DNA from: Nemertoderma westbladi
Taxonomy: Eukaryota > Animalia > Xenacoelomorpha
DNA: 64,000 nucleotides
Assembly (NCBI GenBank): GCA_032718475.1
Contig: JAUCBJ010007629.1
Span: forward strand, 62,001-126,000
Direction of reading: 5' to 3'
Part shown: positions 35,095-47,695 of the stretch, one piece after another
How the letters are laid out: the number at the start of each line of letters is the position of its first letter
How positions within the stretch are numbered: position 1 is the stretch's first letter
Notes under the pieces: generated by a model
Seen by the model: the letters and a program-made list of their open reading frames with translations, nothing else
What the model was told of the DNA's origin: nothing
Databases searched by the model: none
Position numbers and translations under genes: made by a program

Positions 35095-37695
35095 CTATTT
35101 CTTTCTCTGATACGCCTTTCGTCTCTTCGCCCGTCGACTCTCATCGATCGCTATGGCTGGTAGAGGAGCGTCAACATCCATTGTGAGTAACGCTTCGGCT
35201 TGTCTCCTGGCGGCTCTTCCTTTCGATGGCATAGGGATCATGTCGGTTCGTCTTTCCAACTCAGATTTGCGTGCCTCTAGGAACCACTCTCCGTCACCGA
35301 ACTCCTCTTTATACGAGTATAATCGTCTAATGACTTCAAATGGACCGAATAATCCGGCGCTCAGTAGCAGATCCACGTAATGGAAAGGTAGCGTGGCCGA
35401 CGTGTGGAGGCGTTCCGGGAAGGAGAAATACCCGCACGCCATCTCCTGCGCAATATTCCGAGCGTTTCTCCGAACCTTGGTCTTTAAGTGGCTGTTTGCG
35501 TATGTTTCAAACATGACCATATTTCCCATAGCGGTAACGTCTTTGGTTGGACATTTGATATAGCAGCGGGGGCTAGAGGAATGTCCACGGAAACCGCACG
35601 TGGTGCAGAGGTTATATAGGATCGGACAGACGGAAACGTCGTGGCCCGAAGTCGCGCAGTATGGGCAATAGAGTATCCCGAGGAGCTGGAGGCATGAATC
35701 GGTAACCCGATTCCTTCTACCGCGTGGGCACTGCTCCGAACCACAGTCGCCGCATACCTCCAACTGCATCTCTCGACCAGGAAATATCGGAATCGGGACG
35801 CCGACGTGATACTCGAGTCGTCGGTCGCTCTTCGGAATATTCGCGGTGGTCGGTAGCCCGCGGAATGCTAGGCTTTTGCGTAGTAGGTTCTCGCTCCGAT
35901 AACCTTCTTTGTGTCCCGCTGGTCTCAACTCGGATGACCGTTTCTGGCGGTGGATCCATTCAGTTTGCTCGGCGTACCAACGGGTTAGTCGCATAGGGTC
36001 CTGAGGAACGGCGGGTGTAGTAGCCACCGCTGGTCGGCGAAGAGGTGCCGGGGTTTTAGACGGAGGGATACCGAGGAGATCGTCGGGGGTCGGCGCATCG
36101 CTGGGGCCCTCCTCGACCAGTATCGCTGAGCGGGTCCGTTGGTGGCTGGTACTCGGAATCTCCGACGACCAATCTTCGCCACCCGGGAAAGGATACGGGG
36201 ATAACCGTTGGCATATGTCGCCGAAGTCGCTCAATGCAGCTGTAGTGGCTACCTCCCTCGCGGGGCTACCGGAGCCGCGTGGGGTGTAAACGCCTGCTCT
36301 CTTCATCGGTTCGGCCGAGGCAACCCGTTTGGCGGCCAGTCCATACGCGGCCTCCGGCTCGAGTTGTCGCTTCGGGGTGGAGAGTAGAACACCCTCGTTT
36401 AGCCATATCTCTTCCCCTTCCGAAGAGATCAGAGGCTCCTCCGCACCGAGAAGTTCGGTAATCGTAGGGATGTCGTAAGGCCCGCTCTCGTCCCAGGAAT
36501 CGATAACGGCGAGCGTTTTAGTCTCTCCCGGTGCGATGTTCTCGACCGCTTTGAACGCGTGGTGTATGACCTCGTTCCAGTCGTAGTCGACGAAGGAAAG
36601 GGGGACCGCCGTAATAAGGTTATCGAGAGTTTTACAGATAAACTTAGCGACGGTGTAGCATTCCATAACGACGTAAACGTAGTTCCGTCGATCGGGATTC
36701 TCCCACCTTTGGTGTATCGTCCACTTCCGATCAACGTCCTTCCATCGACCCTCTCGCTCGCTCTTTATTTCTAATCCCGGGTATCCACCGTATATTTTAT
36801 TATAGTCCCGGAATTTCTGGGGTTTGAAGTCGATACCGCCGTTGAGCACAGCGAGGTAGCCGATCCCTGATTTCGTCGGTCTCACCTCTTGGAATCCTCG
36901 CATGAACTCGGCGAATCGTAACCAGGCTAGTAGCGTTTGAGTGTCAATGCAATGGCTAAGGGCGTTGAGGTCGTCTCGTCGGTTTCTTCCTGCAGGAGCG
37001 TTCGCGTAGTCGTTCCGGACGTCCGCCTTGATATCCGACCCGATTTTAATGACGTCGAAGTCGAAGAGGATCTTTTGGATTTCCGGAGGCAGCAACCAGA
37101 TCGCTCCGGCTGCCTGCACTTCCTGTCTGGGTGTCGGGAATATTCGGCACACCAGTACCAAACCGTCCAGGGTTCCGAGGACGACGACTAAGGATCGACC
37201 GTATTCTTTCGCCCCGTACTTTTCCTGGTAGTCGTCTCGGTTCTGGATAATCGATACGCGTTCCTCTCGAAGCGTCGCCGTACACTCCGACAGGTTTCCC
37301 CAGTGGGCGAGGTACGTACTCTTGTCGTCGACGAAACTTTGACATCTCGCCAACGTAATCGCTTTCGAGGTGGGCGTCGCGTTTCCCTCGTTGTCGTAGA
37401 TCAAACATCGGGATCTGTAGACGCTCTGCCGGAATGTTTCCCAAAACGACGAATCGTCCCCTCCGGTTGCCTTTGCGTTCCAAGTTCTTTTCAGTCTCGT
37501 ACTAGCATCGGCTAACCGGAGGGCTCGTAGATTCTTAGAAACCCGTCCCTCTCGCCCGGTGAATTTAATGACTCGCACGTTCTCATTTAGCAGGGTGCTC
37601 CAATTTGTATCAAAGTCAGGGGATCCAGGTTGCGAATATTCCAGTAGATCTATCGTGTTACGTAATTCGCCGATAATTTGGCGATTTGGGTCCAT
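35095..37695 (-). CDS. DEDDy 3'-5' exonuclease (WRN/EXD2/Mut-7-like fold) with C-terminal CCHC zinc knuckles, carried by BEL element A
   Basis: ExoI IYDNEG; LPPEIQKILFDFDVIKIGSDIKADV (ExoII); CIDTQ; KSGIGYLA; RW...YVYVVMEC (ExoIII-like); CPYCATSGHDVSVC and CTTCGFRGH. Intact, intronless, 866 aa. Confidence 0.78.
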   Translation of the reverse strand: MDPNRQIIGELRNTIDLLEYSQPGSPDFDTNWSTLLNENVRVIKFTGREGRVSKNLRALRLADASTRLKRTWNAKATGGDDSSFWETFRQSVYRSRCLIYDNEGNATPTSKAITLARCQSFVDDKSTYLAHWGNLSECTATLREERVSIIQNRDDYQEKYGAKEYGRSLVVVLGTLDGLVLVCRIFPTPRQEVQAAGAIWLLPPEIQKILFDFDVIKIGSDIKADVRNDYANAPAGRNRRDDLNALSHCIDTQTLLAWLRFAEFMRGFQEVRPTKSGIGYLAVLNGGIDFKPQKFRDYNKIYGGYPGLEIKSEREGRWKDVDRKWTIHQRWENPDRRNYVYVVMECYTVAKFICKTLDNLITAVPLSFVDYDWNEVIHHAFKAVENIAPGETKTLAVIDSWDESGPYDIPTITELLGAEEPLISSEGEEIWLNEGVLLSTPKRQLEPEAAYGLAAKRVASAEPMKRAGVYTPRGSGSPAREVATTAALSDFGDICQRLSPYPFPGGEDWSSEIPSTSHQRTRSAILVEEGPSDAPTPDDLLGIPPSKTPAPLRRPAVATTPAVPQDPMRLTRWYAEQTEWIHRQKRSSELRPAGHKEGYRSENLLRKSLAFRGLPTTANIPKSDRRLEYHVGVPIPIFPGREMQLEVCGDCGSEQCPRGRRNRVTDSCLQLLGILYCPYCATSGHDVSVCPILYNLCTTCGFRGHSSSPRCYIKCPTKDVTAMGNMVMFETYANSHLKTKVRRNARNIAQEMACGYFSFPERLHTSATLPFHYVDLLLSAGLFGPFEVIRRLYSYKEEFGDGEWFLEARKSELERRTDMIPMPSKGRAARRQAEALLTMDVDAPLPAIAIDESRRAKRRKAYQRKK

Positions 37696-38294
37696 ATTTA
37701 CGATTATATCCGTTACAAATTAGATCAGTTAATTATAAGTCCAGAAAGTCTGAAACTATAGCGATAGCAGAATAATTCAGTTTTTTATTTAATTCAGTTT
37801 ATTAAATAATATTGCTATATAGACATCTATCATCTTATTGCTAATACATTCAGCATTTACAGTTACTATAGCTATACATTAATATCCAACCAGTTTTTTA
37901 TGACTTTTTTGTCCTTTCTTTTTTCCAATTCTTTTCTTTGGACTTTTTTATACCTTTTTTTTGTCTTTTTTCATTTCATTATTATTTCATCTCATTTCAT
38001 TTATTTCCACATATATTTCAACATTTAGTTCCACAATTTATTTCCCATTTATTTATTTCCACATATATTTCAACATTTAGTTCCACCATTTATTTCCCAT
38101 TTATTTATTTCCACATCATCATTGGGTTTATAGCCCCCCGGCTATCATCATTGGTTATAAGCGCAGCACCAGGGTGCGCATCATTACATTTTCATCAGCA
38201 TACGCGTCATCATTCAGGTTTATAGTAGAGTTGTCTGATCCTTTTCATCGTTTCCAACTATATTCAATCATTTTCTTTGGTTAATCTTTGTCGT

Positions 38295-38722
38295 GGAAGG
38301 GGTGTTACGCGGCAATCTGGGATCTACAGCTGGACTCGTTACACCGCCTACGCCCCAAACTGCGCACGTAACGGACAATGAAGACGCTGGGAGTGAAGTC
38401 ACGTGGATGCACCATGGACCCACCAGAATAACACTCCCAACAACATAAAGCTCAGTCGACGAAGTCATGTGGGATGGGGTTACGCAACATTCTGGGATCT
38501 ACAGCTGGACTCGTTACACCGCCTACGCCCCAAAATCCACGCAACGGTCCCACCAGAATAACGCGACTGAGAAACATAAAACCCTCTATCGTCGAAGTCA
38601 CGTGGATGCACCATGGACCCACCAGAATAACGGGATAGAGGGGGTGTTGCGCGGCAATCTGGGATCTACAGCTGGACTCGTTACACCGCCTACGCCCCGA
38701 ACTGCACACGCAACGGACAACA
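38295..38722. repeat. Bipartite tandem repeat (3 x ~60-80-bp unit alternating with a ~38-bp unit) between the pol end and the extra ORF
   Basis: tctgggatctacagctggactcgttacaccgcctacgcccc occurs three times; gaagtcacgtggatgcaccatggacccaccagaataac occurs twice plus a partial copy. Confidence 0.88.
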
Positions 38723-38992
38723 TAACATACTGCGATGAATACAATGAATTCCACTTCAAATCTTTTCCATTTCCAATAATCCAATATCGTTGGTCCCAAT
38801 GACCAAAATCAGGGTAAACAATACATAAACGACCCTGCGTCAGTCGAAACATCTGCAGGGTGATGCTGGACTCCACATAACACACGAGGAAACACAAATA
38901 CCATTGCGTGGTTACAGTTGGTTTAAGGGGGGTCCATAATTCATTGTCGATAAATCACAGTTTAAAAGAGTTTGTCAACATGATGAGAAGGG

Positions 38993-41393
38993 TTACACGG
39001 GTTTGTAATTGTCACCAATGTCCACAGCAGGATCTTGAGTAGGGATCTTATCACCTCTCGTAGAGTCACCGCTATCATTGCCTTCGAGAAGGCACAGCCT
39101 CTGGATAGGGCGTGGGTAGTGGCCCTTTGCCGTTCGTATCGTCACAGTCCTCGCAAGTCCGTCTTTGCTTGGGTGTATGGTCACAACCCGCGCCACAGGC
39201 CAGTGAACGCGGTCTTTGAGATCTTCTTTTACTAATACCATGTCGCCAACTGCGACATTCCGGTAGGTGTTGTTCCATTTCCTCCTGGTCCGGAGGGTTA
39301 TGAGGTACTCCTGGGCCCAGATTCTCCACCAATGCGCTGCCAACGCTTGGGCCTTCTTCCAATTTGTATGTCTCGTGATCTCGTTGGGATCCGGGAACAT
39401 AGTCTCTGGGAGAACGTGGGTTTTGGGTCTCCCCAGTAGGTGGTTAGGAGTGAGGGACTCAACTGAGGCGTTCGCCATCCGGGTATTACGGCAGATTAGT
39501 CCGTGCTCTCCCGTTAATGGTGTCAATGTTATCAACGTCATTATTATCATCAACAATCTTATTAGCCACCAAATCATGGGCACGCGCCAATGTCCGTCTT
39601 TGAATGTGGCCTGATCAAAAATGTTGGTACAATATTGATCTTCCTCGGACGGATTCTCGTCCTTCTCGGCAAACTCTCGGGTCTCCACATTAAAGCATCC
39701 GGTCATCTCCCGCTGGGTTCTCTCGGTTTCGAGAAATAAATCCTCATCGAGGTCTGTAGCTGAGCAATATCCTACGGATGTTACATTTTCTTTATTCTGA
39801 CATTTAGGAAGATATGTATAGGTGTCAGTAGTTTCTTCCTTGATGCCGCAGAGGGTCCATCCCATTATGGTTCGTTCAGGGTAAAAGCCGTCATCTATCT
39901 TTATGGATCGGGCGACATCTCCGGTAGGTATGTGTAATTCCGGTGTATCAAGTCCGATCAGTAGGGTGATGCGGTTTACGTCCAACTGCGGACACCTCAG
40001 ATCTACATCGTCTCGGTCCAATTGTATGAGGGGGGCGTACTCGGCTGATTGTCGGAACCGCACTCGGAGGTCTGTGTGTACCAAGGCGTTCTTGATGGTT
40101 AGCTTGACCGTCTCGTAGCCCTTCATTACTCCTTCCATTTGGAGTTGCACCTCCCCAGACTCTACCTCTCTGTTATCGGTGATGGTTTGTATGGGCCGTT
40201 TACAAGGTTCATATTCTAGGCCGAGTTGCTCGAGGAAATCCCGGTCGATGATGGTTCCGTCAGACCCGTTATCAAGGAACGCGAGCGTCGTCAGGGATTT
40301 GCCGACTCCCTGAATCCTTACCGGGATTACCTTTGCAAAGACCATGTAGCAGCAATTTATAAGATTAATCGTGGCTGAAATGTTGGTTACTTGTGGTTTA
40401 TCGGTGGAGATTTTAAACGGATTGGTTTCTCTCCGTTGGGTAATCCGGGTTCCTTTGGAAACGTGGTTCGTTTCTCCTCTTCGCTTGGCTTCGATCCGAA
40501 AGGGGAGGGTAGTGAAGACAAAGTTCGCGGGGATGTGGAGGAGCGTGTGATGACGTAGGTCGTTACAAACCGCACAACACGACCTTTGGTCGCAATCCCG
40601 AACGTAGTGACCTGTTCCAAGACACCGGAAGCATCCTCGGTGTTTCATCATCGCCTCGAAGTGTGGGATGAGTTCAGCAAACTGGAACTTTCCGCAGAAT
40701 TCCAACTTATGTTTCTCTCCGCAGAAGAGACATATAGGGGAGGCTGTGGTGCCTTCCCTTTCGGGTGCCCAATTCGCTAGGTAGCATGCCCATTCTTCTG
40801 CTAAGGTCGGTTCCTCGTAATCCTCGTCATCCGAGTCCTCAGCCATACTGATGGCCATCGCACTCACAGGAGTAGGGCGGAATCTTGGGTTTGGAGTGGG
40901 TGCCCTGCTCTGGTAATTGCTCTCCATTGCGTCCAACTTGGCGAGACTCTGTTTCGAGAACATCGAGTCATTCATGGCTTCGGAGATATCGTCCAGGAAT
41001 GCCGACATTTCGAGGAAGCTGGGATCTCGATCTGGATGTCTGTGCCGGAGATCTACGCATTTATAGGCCCACTTACTTTGCAGCCATCCAGGGAACTTCC
41101 GGGCGATCTGTCGGAGGTTTAGAATGTTGTTCACCTGGTCCTCCTTATTTAAGGGTTTCAGAGTGTAGTTGGCATCCTTCATGGAATCTGAAAATTCCTG
41201 GAGGTTCTGTGGGTACCCTAGTGATCCCGCGTCTTGTATCAGTTTCTCTAGAGTTTTATTAATTATAGTCCTGGTATTTCCGTATCTTTTGTCTAGAGTT
41301 TTCCATGCGTCGTAGTATGCTTCATGAGAACCTCCCTCAAAACAAGCGATGATTCGGCGTGGTTTGTCACCCAGGTATTGCGATAAATATACC
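38993..41393 (-). CDS. BEL-A gag C-terminus, zinc knuckles and aspartic protease fused in frame to the integrase C-terminal region (RT/RH/INT core deleted)
   Basis: VYLSQYLG..AWKTLDKRYGN; CLFCGEKHKLEFC, CFRCLGTGHYVRDC, CAVC...HHTLLH; LDNGS; jumps from GHWRVPMIW to LTPNHLLG...WPVARV..IHP.KDGLAR. Confidence 0.88.
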
Positions 41394-41399
41394 AGTATC

Positions 41400-42562
41400 T
41401 GTTTGCGCTTTTAAGACCTTTGACAGTTTAACCTGCCAAATTAGGATGTCTTTTAGATGATATACAGTCTTTAGCCTATGACGAGTATTTGATACACTAC
41501 ATTAGCCGAAGCCAGTCTATGCGCAATCATTCACCCGTTGGATATACCCGGGAGACTGAGTTCGGAGCTTAATGATTGATGGTGTAAGCCTACTGTATTA
41601 TTCGACTGATCGTAATATATAATCTCTGACTAATATTATTCACTTTCGGGAAATATTAACAGTTCCTTTAGGACGTGGCGCTCTAAATATGTAAACAGAG
41701 TTATGACTTAAACTAGACGCAACGAAAAGGCTATAGATTCACGTATATGGCGCATTCTTTAGGAGATGCTTTGTTATCAGTTACAATCATACACAATGCT
41801 GCACAATGCTGCACACCAATCTGCCGACCTTCACTAATTTTAGTCACATACAAAGAGAATAACAGACAATACATGTAGGGCCTATAAAATAGCATTAGAT
41901 TCACTTCAAACCACTTAACATAGGTCGCAATCGTTTATCTGTAACCGGTCTCTCTAACCTTTAGTATATCAAGAAGGTGGGGTGTCTGACTATTGATCAG
42001 TATTCCAAATATAATCTTCCATCAACAAATATAATGAATAACCGACAGCAAAAGCAGTAATGTTAAGTAAGATATGCATGATATGTTTAGTAAGCATTGA
42101 GATATGAATTGCATTGAGATAACAGATATACGTTCTATAATTAAGCCTACTAATGTAAGACTAAAGACTGAAACACGGAGGTGCCAAAAGCCGGTGTTCT
42201 TAGGCTCTGGGCAAAAACATAACACTGAATTCCTGAGTTTCTGTATCCACCTCCAACACAGAGACAAAAAACGCTCTGATTGGTCGACCGAACAACGAGA
42301 GAACAAAGAAACAAAGAAATGTCGACGTGGCAATATCAGCTGTTAGCCGTCGTCATGGTAGCGACACTGTTTTCAAGAGTATCGAGCTTTTTGCGTCACG
42401 AAATTGCGGATTATGTCCTCTAAAGTACAAATACAGAAGAAATGGCTTTTATGTCCTCTAAAACACCAGTACAGCAAGGACACGGCCTTTTTATGCCTGG
42501 TAAACCAACCACAGAGTACTTTACGGGGATAATAACCGGCTAATTACGCAAAAGCTTTTACA
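41400..42562 (-). repeat. BEL-B 3' LTR
   Basis: Direct repeat of 53713-54874; 7 differences counted by eye. Confidence 0.95.
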
Positions 42563-42799
42563 CCGCTCCCAGAAAATGGGATTTAAGTCTATAAAATATA
42601 ACAAATCACAGTTTCTAAAATATAAAGATACTCTAAACAGTTAGTCTTTCTTACGCAGACGGCGTTTACGCAGTTTTTTGAGGCTAGCAAGAGTCCTTTT
42701 CTCTTTGGGGCGAGCCACTTTACTAGGAGGGCTATAAATCCTGGGTGAAGGGTGCAATATGATTGCATCAGAAGGTGTAGGATTATGGTCGGGGTATCC

Positions 42800-44180
42800 G
42801 CCGTTTCGATATGCTTCTCCTCGAGCTGATTTTCCTCCGCTCGTAGCTGGATACGTTCATCCAAAAACTCTCGCAGAGAATGGGGTTGCCTAAGTTCGAT
42901 ATCTTCTTAGAGATTCTGGATTTTACAATCGAACTGAGATAAAGACAATTCGTTTATCGCTTGGACTTGCTGTTACAACTTACGTTTATCTGAACAAACG
43001 CAGGTTTCCTTTCTGATCTTTGTAGAATAGCGTTTAACTCGTTTGGTACAACGTTCTCCGCCACTTTGGTGACAGGTTATATCGTGTTAAGCCGGGACGG
43101 GACGATGGTAAGGGTTAAACGGCGATATTAAATGTCCGCGTCCCAATCCGGCTAGGTAGAATGGGCTAGTATCTAGGAAGCCCACAACTGGGGTGCCACC
43201 GACTAATTGTTCAGGTAACACTAGATCTTTGAGCAGTGAGTACAGCTCGGGAGGATCCGTCATACTAATAGGATCAAATCAAGAGTCTGAAGTCTCACTG
43301 GGGAATGAGGAGTTCTGATCGAGTATTCCGAAACTCTGATCATTGGTTTATTTAAGGATCGTCTGAGTCGAACGAGCGTAGGTGATACATCGAACAAGTT
43401 TCGCTCGAAACTCCCGCAAGTATAGCGAGTAAAACCGTGTTTAAAGCAACGTCTCCGCGGATGTTTATGTCTTTCCGTTTGTTGGTTGGGTCTTGGGCAT
43501 TCATCGCAATAATACCAAAAACGCACGTCTTGTAGGGGAAACGCGAGTGATCTTTCTCCAGCTTACGAATATTCCTCCATCCGTTCGAAGCTATCCGGTA
43601 CAACAGGTAGCGATCGATCGGCGGTAAGATACATCATAGTGGAATAGAGCCGTTTGAGTTCTACCATGCGGTCATGATGTATACCTTGAGGATATCGAGT
43701 TTCTAGATTCTGTTGACTGGTAATATCGAGATAGGTTTCTCTCAAGAATTCCAGGTATTTGGTGAAGTCGCTGCGTTTATCCGGCTCTTCAACATCTGCA
43801 CTTTCGAGTCGGTTTCGAATAGAATTTTCGTGTTCGAGTCTCAGTTTATCGTTCCGCTTCCGCTGGGTATGATATTTAAATAAACCATTTCCCTTTTGGT
43901 GTCTATATCGTTCGTATCGTGTAGGTCGATAGGATGACCAGTAGTTAAGAAGTCCATATACGTACCATTACGATGCGTATAGCGAGCGGTAAATTTTCTG
44001 CAGTCCAACCCACGCGCAAGTTGTTCCCGGGCCATTGGCGGTTAGATATAACGACCATCGTCCTCCGTAGTAGTTGGACCAGCGTCGCCGCGTATCAAGC
44101 TATCAACAAACGCTTGTAAAGGTAGAGTATATCGCTCCCTGATACCAAGATCATCTTCTATCAACTCAATCATATCTGCT
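42800..44180 (-). pseudogene. Decayed additional ORF in the 3' region of BEL-B
   Basis: Chain of same-strand ORF fragments MIELIEDD...MAREQLARG...RYPQGIHH...YCDECPRP..H...RCFKH with coding-like composition; no family recognised. Confidence 0.4.
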
Positions 44181-45813
44181 ATATAAGTTTATCCATATTA
44201 TAATGAGTTTATATTTAGGCGAGCGGGCGTCGCTGCCTACCCCTCTCTGCCCCCGGACAGTGCGAGATCCTCAGCGCTGGTGTACTTTCGCCGATGTGCC
44301 TATCGCCAACGTCGTAGCTGCACAACGACTACAACAACCAGCACGAGCCACTCCACCGTCCGTCCCAAAGGCTTAGATATACTTCAGGTTCTTACTGGAG
44401 AGTTAGGGTTACTTTCACAATTGCGACTCGCTACTGTAAACACACCTTAGTAGTAACATTCACCTACAATCGCACAAATTCCACGTAACTGTCACAAATG
44501 GTACACATTCTATCACACATTCGGGTCATTTGTCCGTTAGTCAAGTGCTTTCCAGAATGTCACGGTGTTATTATGTATCCTTGGATACTAGCGGTGTGCT
44601 ATTTATTCCGTATGCTATTCAATGGGGCAAGCCTTCTATTGTTCTTTTAACTCACTTCTAATTCTAGCGTGGTTGTTGCCATGGTGACATTATGGAAAGC
44701 TAGCGGTAGAATTAGGGTAATTCTCATGCATACAGATCTGGGATGCTATTTAATAGTAATTCTTTAATTGTCAATATCCTCTCTATATATGATTTTATGA
44801 ATTTTATCGGCTATTGACTATACATTGGAGATTCTCACACACAAATACACTTAATAGAGTGAATCTCCGCTCCCATGATCTATTAATTAATGGAATTTTG
44901 GGAATGTTATAAATTGTATAAAATGACAATTTATTAAATTCATTGAAATATATGAATTTAAATTTATTCCCGTAAATTTTATTATTTAATGTTAAATAGA
45001 CGTAATTTTATTCCAGAACGTGTCTGGGGACTGGGATCCTTGATTCTAGGAATTTTGTCTTTTAAAGAGTATCGGTAAGTGCTACGATATCTTAATCGAC
45101 TAGAATTTTAAAGGATCTGATATTTGACAGATTTTGTAAATATTAATAATTAATATTTAGGATGGGCACCAGTTTATTCCAGAACTTGTCTGGGGACGTT
45201 AACCACTGATTCTAGAATTTGTCTTTCAAGTATATCGGTGGGTGCCGCGATATCTTAATCGACTAGAATTACAGATGGTCAAAGGGTTTAACAGATTTAT
45301 TTGCGTTGTACGCTACTGTTAAAGGGACATCACGCTACTATATGTATTATTTAATATACGGTATGAGAGCAATATCGCACGAAGCAATGTCAGTGTGAAG
45401 AGGCAAGTCGTTTCCAAGGTCTACCCAGAGCTTGGTTTAGCCGAGACACGAGGATCTGAACTTTGCATTCCTAATACTCTGCCTACCAATAATACTTAAA
45501 TATAGTAGTGGCTTTATTGTACTTTAATAAGTACGGATATGTCATCTTACTGTAGTTACGTATTTGTAATGTAATACGGACAGTAAGGAAGGAGGAAAAG
45601 AATTATTTCTCGCCGTCGCACTAAATATAATATAAGTAATTACGTACGCAATAAACACGAATATATTGCACTATTCTACTAAATAATCGCTAAATAAGAT
45701 TCTACTAAATTAAATAAAACGATTATAATAAAATTACATAGTAATACATACAGAAATATAAAAATAATAAAATAATATAAAATAATAGAGTCACACACCC
45801 ACTCCATATGTTG

Positions 45814-46500
45814 TTACGTTATGGAGTCCCTGGATGTTTGAAGGATTAGGGAGGTGGTCGTGGGAAGAGAATCTTGCCTTCCACAGTTTCCGGAGCGTCC
45901 TCCATTCCCTTCCGGTAAACACAAACGACCGACTGGGTGATTGAGTCGCTGCATCCCGAATACAATTCCAGGTTTCCTCTTCGTCCTGGAATAGTGACGA
46001 TAGAAACATCGCTCTAAGTACACGACGGCCTTACAAAGCCAATTCCAGGAGCTATAGTGGTCCGTCGCTCCCTGCAGGAGAGGTGAGAGTCCCTGCGAGA
46101 CGTCTGATGTTCCAGAGCTCCAATCGCTCTCTCTGATCTTCATGAAGGATCCACTCGCGGTGGGGAGGTCCAGATCCACGGCGTCGTCCCTGGCAATATA
46201 TAATACCGACAGATCTATCCCGGGTTCAAATACTCCGATCACCCGTCCGGGTTTTAGGTTTGACTTTCTCCACTCCCTTGGCTGGTCTAATCTCAGTCGG
46301 AGTAAGATGGGGAGGCCATTCATCCTCCTTACTCAGGAAGTCGGGTTCACCTAACCGGTCTGTAGTATCTGTCAGTTCTTGAGGAGTTGCTCCTCTGGAA
46401 GCGATGTCAGTTGGATTAAACTTCTTGGGGCAATCGCTTGCGTCCTTCTGGGCTCCTCTCTGATGACTCCGAGGCGCACCCATGAGGCGGACGCTGTCCC
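45814..46500 (-). pseudogene. Degenerate BEL pol remnant (RNase H C-terminus/connection region)
   Basis: NPTDIASRGATPQEL...PDFL...DEWP and HYSSWNWLCKAVVYL.RC match the BEL NPAD..SRG...W..GP.FL...WP and R.SSW..L pattern. Confidence 0.65.
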
Positions 46501-47695
46501 ACCACCCTTGGGGCCAGTCCGACTCCGTTTTTATCAGACTGGGCCGGAGGGTAGCCCGATGTTTCCCGGGTTCACTTTTCAATCCCCCGATCACACCGGC
46601 ACAGCTCGTCATGTGTAGCCGAATAGAATGGCATTCGCCTACTGTCAACTTACTGTGGCCTGACTGTACATTGAGCCAACTCAGAGAGTCAACCGGCGGG
46701 TGGACCAGTCGATAGCGATCGAGCATCAAGGTCGCCCTTGAGCCAAACCGACGGTCTTGTCCCAAGCGGGCTTGCGCTACCCACATGGAATATTGACCGT
46801 TTTCACCCGCCTCGCCGGCAGTATTGAGGGGAAGTCGGTTCCGCAAACAATACTGACTAGCTCGAAAGCTAGGAACAAGTAACCACTTACCAGTCACTGT
46901 ACACGTGTACTCAATAGATGTTCACAATATCAAGTACACTACGGTAAACACAAAATCTGACGCATACCACGCACACACAGAGGACATAATCGGGGAAGAC
47001 AAAATAGGTGACAAAATCAGAGGGGACAAAATTGTATCGACTAATAAAAAGTCGAGAGTACTTTATTTTACCGACAGGGTAAAATAACTTTGTGTGCACA
47101 AACTATGCTGGGGCGCAGTAAAATATGGTCCTACTAATAACCAGCGGCGACTGAACCAACCGGTAAGGGTTCCCATACCCACTCGCAGTGGCCATACATA
47201 CACTCATGTATACCATGTACACACACAAACCACAGATTCCAGAGTATCATTCACTCGGACCACACTACAACACCAACCCCTCCTTGCAGCCGATATTCCG
47301 GGTGCCACCTCCATTCCAATAGTAGTACCAACAGAATCATCAGGAACCTGTCCATTCCGATGCAACACCTCCATTCCAATAGTGCTACCCTGGGAAAAGA
47401 CACGTTTTGGCAACCGATCGGAGACAGTAAAGAGTCTAGTCAACTCATACATACCAAACATAGACCTACCACATAGGCCACATAAACCACAGATCACGCC
47501 ATGCCACCACCCCTACTGTGTACAGGACTGGCAGTACAGCAACAGGCCGACTAGACGGTACCACGGCACCATGTCAATTCATGGTTTGCTAGACACGAGG
47601 GCCTTCAGTAACTCCCTTGCGCTATAGATCAATTTAACGTGCCCCAGACCCTCACGAGTCCGCCGCCGCCTGTTGGAGACACCCCTATAGAGACC

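Noticed and set aside
35095-37695. env gene or host gene call for the 866-aa ORF
   Set aside because: No signal peptide, TM segment or furin/fusion pattern was seen. It is intronless, lies inside the pol-PPT interval and shares a motif with the LTR.
42022-42346. ORFs inside the BEL-B LTRs (also 54335-54659)
   Set aside because: Repeated only because the LTRs are duplicates; no motif or evidence of coding constraint.
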